A stretch of 64,000 bases of DNA, from NCBI GenBank assembly GCA_041675165.1, contig JBAYUI010000002.1, positions 376 to 64,375 on the forward strand. The letters run 5' to 3'. This DNA comes from Parcubacteria group bacterium (lineage in GTDB: Bacteria; Patescibacteriota; Minisyncoccia; Moranbacterales; UBA2206). Below, one piece after another: positions 60,420-64,000 of the stretch (positions are counted from its first letter, which is position 1; each line of letters opens with the position of its first letter). The position numbers and the translations under genes are program-made. Below the pieces are notes generated by a model that was given only the letters and a program-made list of their open reading frames with translations, made no database searches and was not told where the DNA came from.

Positions 60420-61193
60420 ATGGCAAATGTTTTAGTTTCCATATACTCTTGGGAGGCTCATCGGATTTGTGACGCAGGTTCTTTTGATATAAAAAAAGGT
60501 TCGAAGGTCATCGTTTCACTGGAGAATGGGAATGAACTAGGCATTATTATGGATATGCATGCCGCGCCCGGCGAAAGGTCCGACAAGATTATCCGGCTGG
60601 CGACCGTTCATGATACTGAGATCTATGAAAAATATGAAAAGGAGAAGGAAGCTTTTTTGAAGTTCTGCCATCGAGAAGTGAAAAAGCAGGATCTTCCGAT
60701 GAAGATAATCGACGCGCGCATCAGTCTGGACGGGAAGCAATTGACTTTTGTCTTTACGGCGGACACGCGGGTGGATTTTCGAGAGCTGGTGAAGAATATC
60801 TCCAAAGAATCCAAACGGGGCGTGCGGATGCAGCAGATCGGGAGTCGGGATGAAGCGAGGAAGCTGGGAGGATTTGGGATCTGCGGCCGAGAATTGTGTT
60901 GCGTGAAATTTCCCGGCAGCATCCCGAGCATTACGACCGATATGGCCAAGGTCCAGCAGATCGCTCATCGAGGATCAGAAAGAATCTCGGGCTTATGTGG
61001 AAGGTTGATGTGCTGCTTGGCCTATGAAGCGGAACAATACAGGAGTCTTTTGGCGGGTATGCCGGAACTCTACAGCGTAGTGAATACCAAGGAAGGCCGA
61101 GGAACCGTGATCGAGATAAACGCCGGTACGCAAGAAATCAAGGTTAAGATAGAAAATGGCAAATATGTGATTTTGAAAAAAGAAGATTTGTAG
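60420..61193 (+). CDS. PSP1/YaaT (RicT) family protein
   Basis: RVDFRELVK, QIGSRDEA, GICGRELCC, SGLCGRLMCCLAYE. Confidence 0.93.
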   Translation: MANVLVSIYSWEAHRICDAGSFDIKKGSKVIVSLENGNELGIIMDMHAAPGERSDKIIRLATVHDTEIYEKYEKEKEAFLKFCHREVKKQDLPMKIIDARISLDGKQLTFVFTADTRVDFRELVKNISKESKRGVRMQQIGSRDEARKLGGFGICGRELCCVKFPGSIPSITTDMAKVQQIAHRGSERISGLCGRLMCCLAYEAEQYRSLLAGMPELYSVVNTKEGRGTVIEINAGTQEIKVKIENGKYVILKKEDL

Positions 61194-61240
61194 GAAAGCG
61201 AAAGAGCTGCGGAAAAGTTAAAAACAAACCAATAAATCAG

Positions 61241-61957
61241 ATGTTGTATTCCATCATTCCTCCGGCATTAGTCGTATTGAGTCTTGTCGGAATCATAATA
61301 ATTCTCATGAAAAAAGCGCCGCAAATGGCGCGTTTGGAAGACAACAAGAACCTGTTTTCTGAAGAGGAGCGCAAAGAGCGGGAGCTTTCCGCCAGATATG
61401 CCGCCCTGAAAAGAGAAAATAGGAAATCTTTCAAAGAATTTTTTTTGGCGACCATCACGGGGATTGTGGGAGCGTTGAAGGGGCTGGGCCTGTTTTTCAT
61501 CCGCTTCTTCGGTTCCGGCAAGGCGGCTTTGCGCAAGATTAATGATGATGCCAAGGCGAAGATCGAAGCGCGCGGCGCGGCCAAGAAGCACCCCCGACAG
61601 GAAGAGGCGCAGAATGATTTTTTCCGCCGCCGAGCTGACCGGCAGATCCGGATAGCCGATGAGGAAAGATATGCGCCAGAAGAGCTGCAGGAGGAACTGG
61701 AGAGAGCGGCGAGTGCTTCGCAGAAGGAAGAGAAAAAAGCCGAGAAAAAAGATCTTTTCGAAAAGATCCTAATTGATCGGATCGCGAGCAATCCGAAAGA
61801 CATTGAAGCGTATGAACGGTTGGGAGAATATTATCTGGAGATCGAGAATTGGGAATATGGCAAAGAATGTTTCAAGCAGGTGATCAAGCTCAATCCGAGG
61901 AACATCAACGCGCGGAGCAGAATGCGGAAGTTGGAAAAGATTTTGAGCAAGCGATGA
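61241..61957 (+). CDS. Membrane-anchored TPR protein
   Basis: N-terminal TM; C-terminal TPR (NPKDIEAYERLGEYY...LNPRN). Confidence 0.8.
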   Translation: MLYSIIPPALVVLSLVGIIIILMKKAPQMARLEDNKNLFSEEERKERELSARYAALKRENRKSFKEFFLATITGIVGALKGLGLFFIRFFGSGKAALRKINDDAKAKIEARGAAKKHPRQEEAQNDFFRRRADRQIRIADEERYAPEELQEELERAASASQKEEKKAEKKDLFEKILIDRIASNPKDIEAYERLGEYYLEIENWEYGKECFKQVIKLNPRNINARSRMRKLEKILSKR

Positions 61958-61971
61958 TTGTCATAAAAAAT

Positions 61972-62045
61972 GCCTGAGTAGCTCAGCTGGTTAGAGCAAC
62001 TGTTTTGTAAACAGTAGGTCGTCGGTCCGAATCCGACCTCAGGCT
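61972..62045 (+). tRNA. tRNA-Thr(TGT)
   Basis: GCCTGAG/CTCAGGC acceptor; ACTGT-TT-TGT-AA-ACAGT. Confidence 0.93.
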
Positions 62046-62131
62046 CAGAAGGCATATTAGCAGTTTATCATTTTAGCAAAACTCTTTTTTATGCTAATAT
62101 GTTAAAATGTTAATATGATGAAATGAATATT

Positions 62132-62214
62132 GGGTCGGTGGCAGAGTGGTCAATTGCACCTGACTGTAAATCAGGCGACGTAAGTCTACGGCGGTTCAAA
62201 TCCGTCCCGGCCCA
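62132..62214 (+). tRNA. tRNA-Tyr(GTA)
   Basis: CCTGA-CT-GTA-AA-TCAGG, long variable arm, GGTTCAAATCC. Confidence 0.95.
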
Positions 62215-62240
62215 CACAATTTGATGTTAGTGAATAGTTT

Positions 62241-62517
62241 GCCGTTGTAGCTCAGTTGGTAGAGCATTTCCATGGTAAAAATTTGCCCACCGTTTGGAAA
62301 ACTAAACAGTGCATACCCGAATAACGGTTAAAGACCTAGTATCAGGTTCAGACCGTGGCATCTTGTTGTGGCAAGAGGCCCGAACGACTGACAAGGGGGG
62401 CTAAATCCCACGTAAATGGGACATGTCCGATATACAGTCTAATCCTTTAATAGATATTTTATAAAATAAAGGTTCAAATGAAGGAAAAGGTCTCCGGTCC
62501 GATTCCGGACAACGGCT
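62241..62517 (+). tRNA. tRNA-Thr(GGT), interrupted by an intron (exons 62241-62276 and 62481-62517)
   Basis: Joined exons give GCCGTTG/CAACGGC acceptor and TTTCC-AT-GGT-AA-GGAAA anticodon arm. Confidence 0.9.
62277..62480 (+). ncRNA. Group I intron (204 nt)
   Basis: 5' exon ends in U, pairing GGU with GCC (U-G wobble, P1); GACTG/CAGTC P7-like pairing; terminal G. Confidence 0.85.
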
Positions 62518-62549
62518 CAGTAAGTTGTAATTATGTAATATCTAATAAT

Positions 62550-62705
62550 ATGGCACGAGAAAACCTAGTGAAGATGAAATGCAGCGTGTGCAATTCCATC
62601 AATCATTTCACGAAAAGGAATAAGAAGAAGATCAAGGAGAAATTGGAGCTGAAGAAGTTCTGCAAGAAATGCCGAACAAATACGGTGCATAAGGAGATGA
62701 AATAA
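62550..62705 (+). CDS. rpmG: 50S ribosomal protein L33
   Basis: CSVC...NKKK..EKLELKKFCKKC...HKE. Confidence 0.96.
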   Translation: MARENLVKMKCSVCNSINHFTKRNKKKIKEKLELKKFCKKCRTNTVHKEMK

Positions 62706-62720
62706 GACCCGGCTGCGGCG

Positions 62721-62829
62721 GAATTTTCAATTCACAAATTTTCAATTTTCAATGAATTTTCAATTCTTTAATTTTTAAATTTTAAAATTGGGATTTGTTT
62801 GAAAATTGAAAATTGGAGTTTGAAAATTC
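62721..62829. repeat. AT-rich iterated palindrome (ttttcaa units)
   Basis: aattttcaattttcaatgaatttt...ttgaaaattgaaaatt. Confidence 0.7.
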
Positions 62830-62845
62830 CATGCGAAGCATGGCT

Positions 62846-62917
62846 GCGGGCGTCGTATAGTGGCTATTACATCGGTCTCCAAAACCGATTACGGGGGTTC
62901 AATTCCCTCCGCCCGTG
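62846..62917 (+). tRNA. tRNA-Trp(CCA)
   Basis: TCGGT-CT-CCA-AA-ACCGA; GGGGGTTCAATTCCCTC. Confidence 0.94.
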
Positions 62918-62922
62918 CATTT

Positions 62923-62958
62923 AAAAAGAATTACGTAATTAATTACGTAATTCTTTTT
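62923..62958. terminator. Perfect 36-bp palindrome / terminator
   Basis: aaaaagaattacgtaattaattacgtaattcttttt. Confidence 0.7.
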
Positions 62959-63138
62959 GTTTTTGCCAAAAATCTAGCTGAGGCGTAGAATGGATTTATA
63001 TAAGCTATTATTGATGAGTTGAGGACCGTCCTCGACTGGGTTTAATCCTCGACTGGGTTTAGTATTGATTGCTTTGGCGGCGAAGGGTTAGTTTTCTGAT
63101 ATTATTTTATTGCGCTTTAGGAATATTAAAAAATTATT

Positions 63139-63969
63139 ATGGAAAAGATATATTATGTGTGTTTGAATTTAGACAACCCAATTGTTGCTTGGGAGGTTTG
63201 CAGAGGTCGCATAATAAGCTGTGATAAAATAGAAGATAAGAGTTTTAACCCTCTGAGTTTCTGGTATGTAGAATATTTGCGTCGTATACTTTCAAACACG
63301 AACACGTCAAAAAATGAAACTAAGCTGGAGATCTTCCGACAGCAATATTTTCCCAAAGAAGTGTCTCGATTGAAGGGCTTGTACCTGTTTGAATCATTAG
63401 AAACTGCCAAACAAGCAAAGGTTGATTGGGACATGCAGGGGGTTATAGCCGAAGTTATACTTAAAAACAACGAACATATAACAAAAGTTGACGCTAAATG
63501 GATTACGGAGAATTTGCCTAGCTTAGAAGAGAGTGATTGGATGATGAAATATTGGTCTGGCCAACAATATAACGAGTTTCCCCATTGGGAATTGATTGTT
63601 TCTGGCGAACTTGAAATAGTTGATAAGAAACTTATCCATGAAGCATATGAAAATGTAGCTATTAAATGGCCAGCATCAATACCACTCTTGAAATTATCAA
63701 TAATAGCTTCAGTCCTTGAATCTGAATTAGGGCATATAGTTCCTATAATTTTAGAAGAACAGATTGGAATTTGTGAAGTAACTTACATAATAAATATGGG
63801 AGATATGAACAGATCTTCATTTCTACAAAAGCTTGATAAATATCTGGCTGATAATGAAATTGCTAAATTTTATGAGAGCAGTGCTGATTTTATTACACCT
63901 GGCTTACGAGAATATGTTTTTAAATTCGAATTTGAAGATAAAGAAAGTACAAGTTTAATAAAAATATAA
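63139..63969 (+). CDS. Hypothetical protein, DUF2441-like
   Basis: LEIFRQQYFPKEVSRLKGLYLFES...YWSG...WELIV; AT-rich, follows tRNA-Trp. Confidence 0.6.
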   Translation: MEKIYYVCLNLDNPIVAWEVCRGRIISCDKIEDKSFNPLSFWYVEYLRRILSNTNTSKNETKLEIFRQQYFPKEVSRLKGLYLFESLETAKQAKVDWDMQGVIAEVILKNNEHITKVDAKWITENLPSLEESDWMMKYWSGQQYNEFPHWELIVSGELEIVDKKLIHEAYENVAIKWPASIPLLKLSIIASVLESELGHIVPIILEEQIGICEVTYIINMGDMNRSSFLQKLDKYLADNEIAKFYESSADFITPGLREYVFKFEFEDKESTSLIKI

Positions 63970-64000
63970 TACAAGTAATAAATTTTTTAGGACTGCAGCG

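Noticed and set aside
62478-62549. N-terminal extension of L33 in the ORF track
   Set aside because: Overlaps the tRNA-Thr 3' exon; the true start is the ATG at 62550.

Overview
Chromosomal window from a Patescibacteria (CPR)/Parcubacteria-type bacterium. The assignment is inferred from gene content and style: short AlaRS, sigma4/HARE-HTH plus VirD4-like gene block, FtsA-like pair, standard code 11. Core genes: end of the F1Fo ATPase operon (atpG-atpD-atpC), leuS, rlmN, dxs, parAB, rel, topA, dprA, mnmA, alaS, tyrS, the infA-rpmJ-rpsM-K-D-rpoA-rplQ-rplM-rpsI cluster, rpmE, rpsB-tsf, rpmG and five tRNAs. Highlights: (1) a complex I/hydrogenase-4-like (Ehr-type) membrane complex next to the ATPase genes that has lost the NiFe cysteines and also all four Fe-S cysteines of its small subunit; (2) a diversity-generating retroelement (target gene, TR, antisense avd, RT) whose TR does not match the VR of the adjacent target, with a poly-C tract frameshifting avd, an inverted-repeat-bounded avd/RT intergenic segment and twin identical-loop hairpins upstream of the TR; (3) a group I intron in tRNA-Thr(GGT); (4) several families of small palindromic repeats, some inserted in-frame into essential genes; (5) an antibiotic-NTase-like domain inserted in LeuRS; (6) small AT-rich cassettes encoding a PD-(D/E)XK nuclease-like protein, an ART-PolyVal-like protein, an MNT-HEPN pair and a DUF2441-like protein. 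All calls come from reading motifs by eye; no database searches were run.
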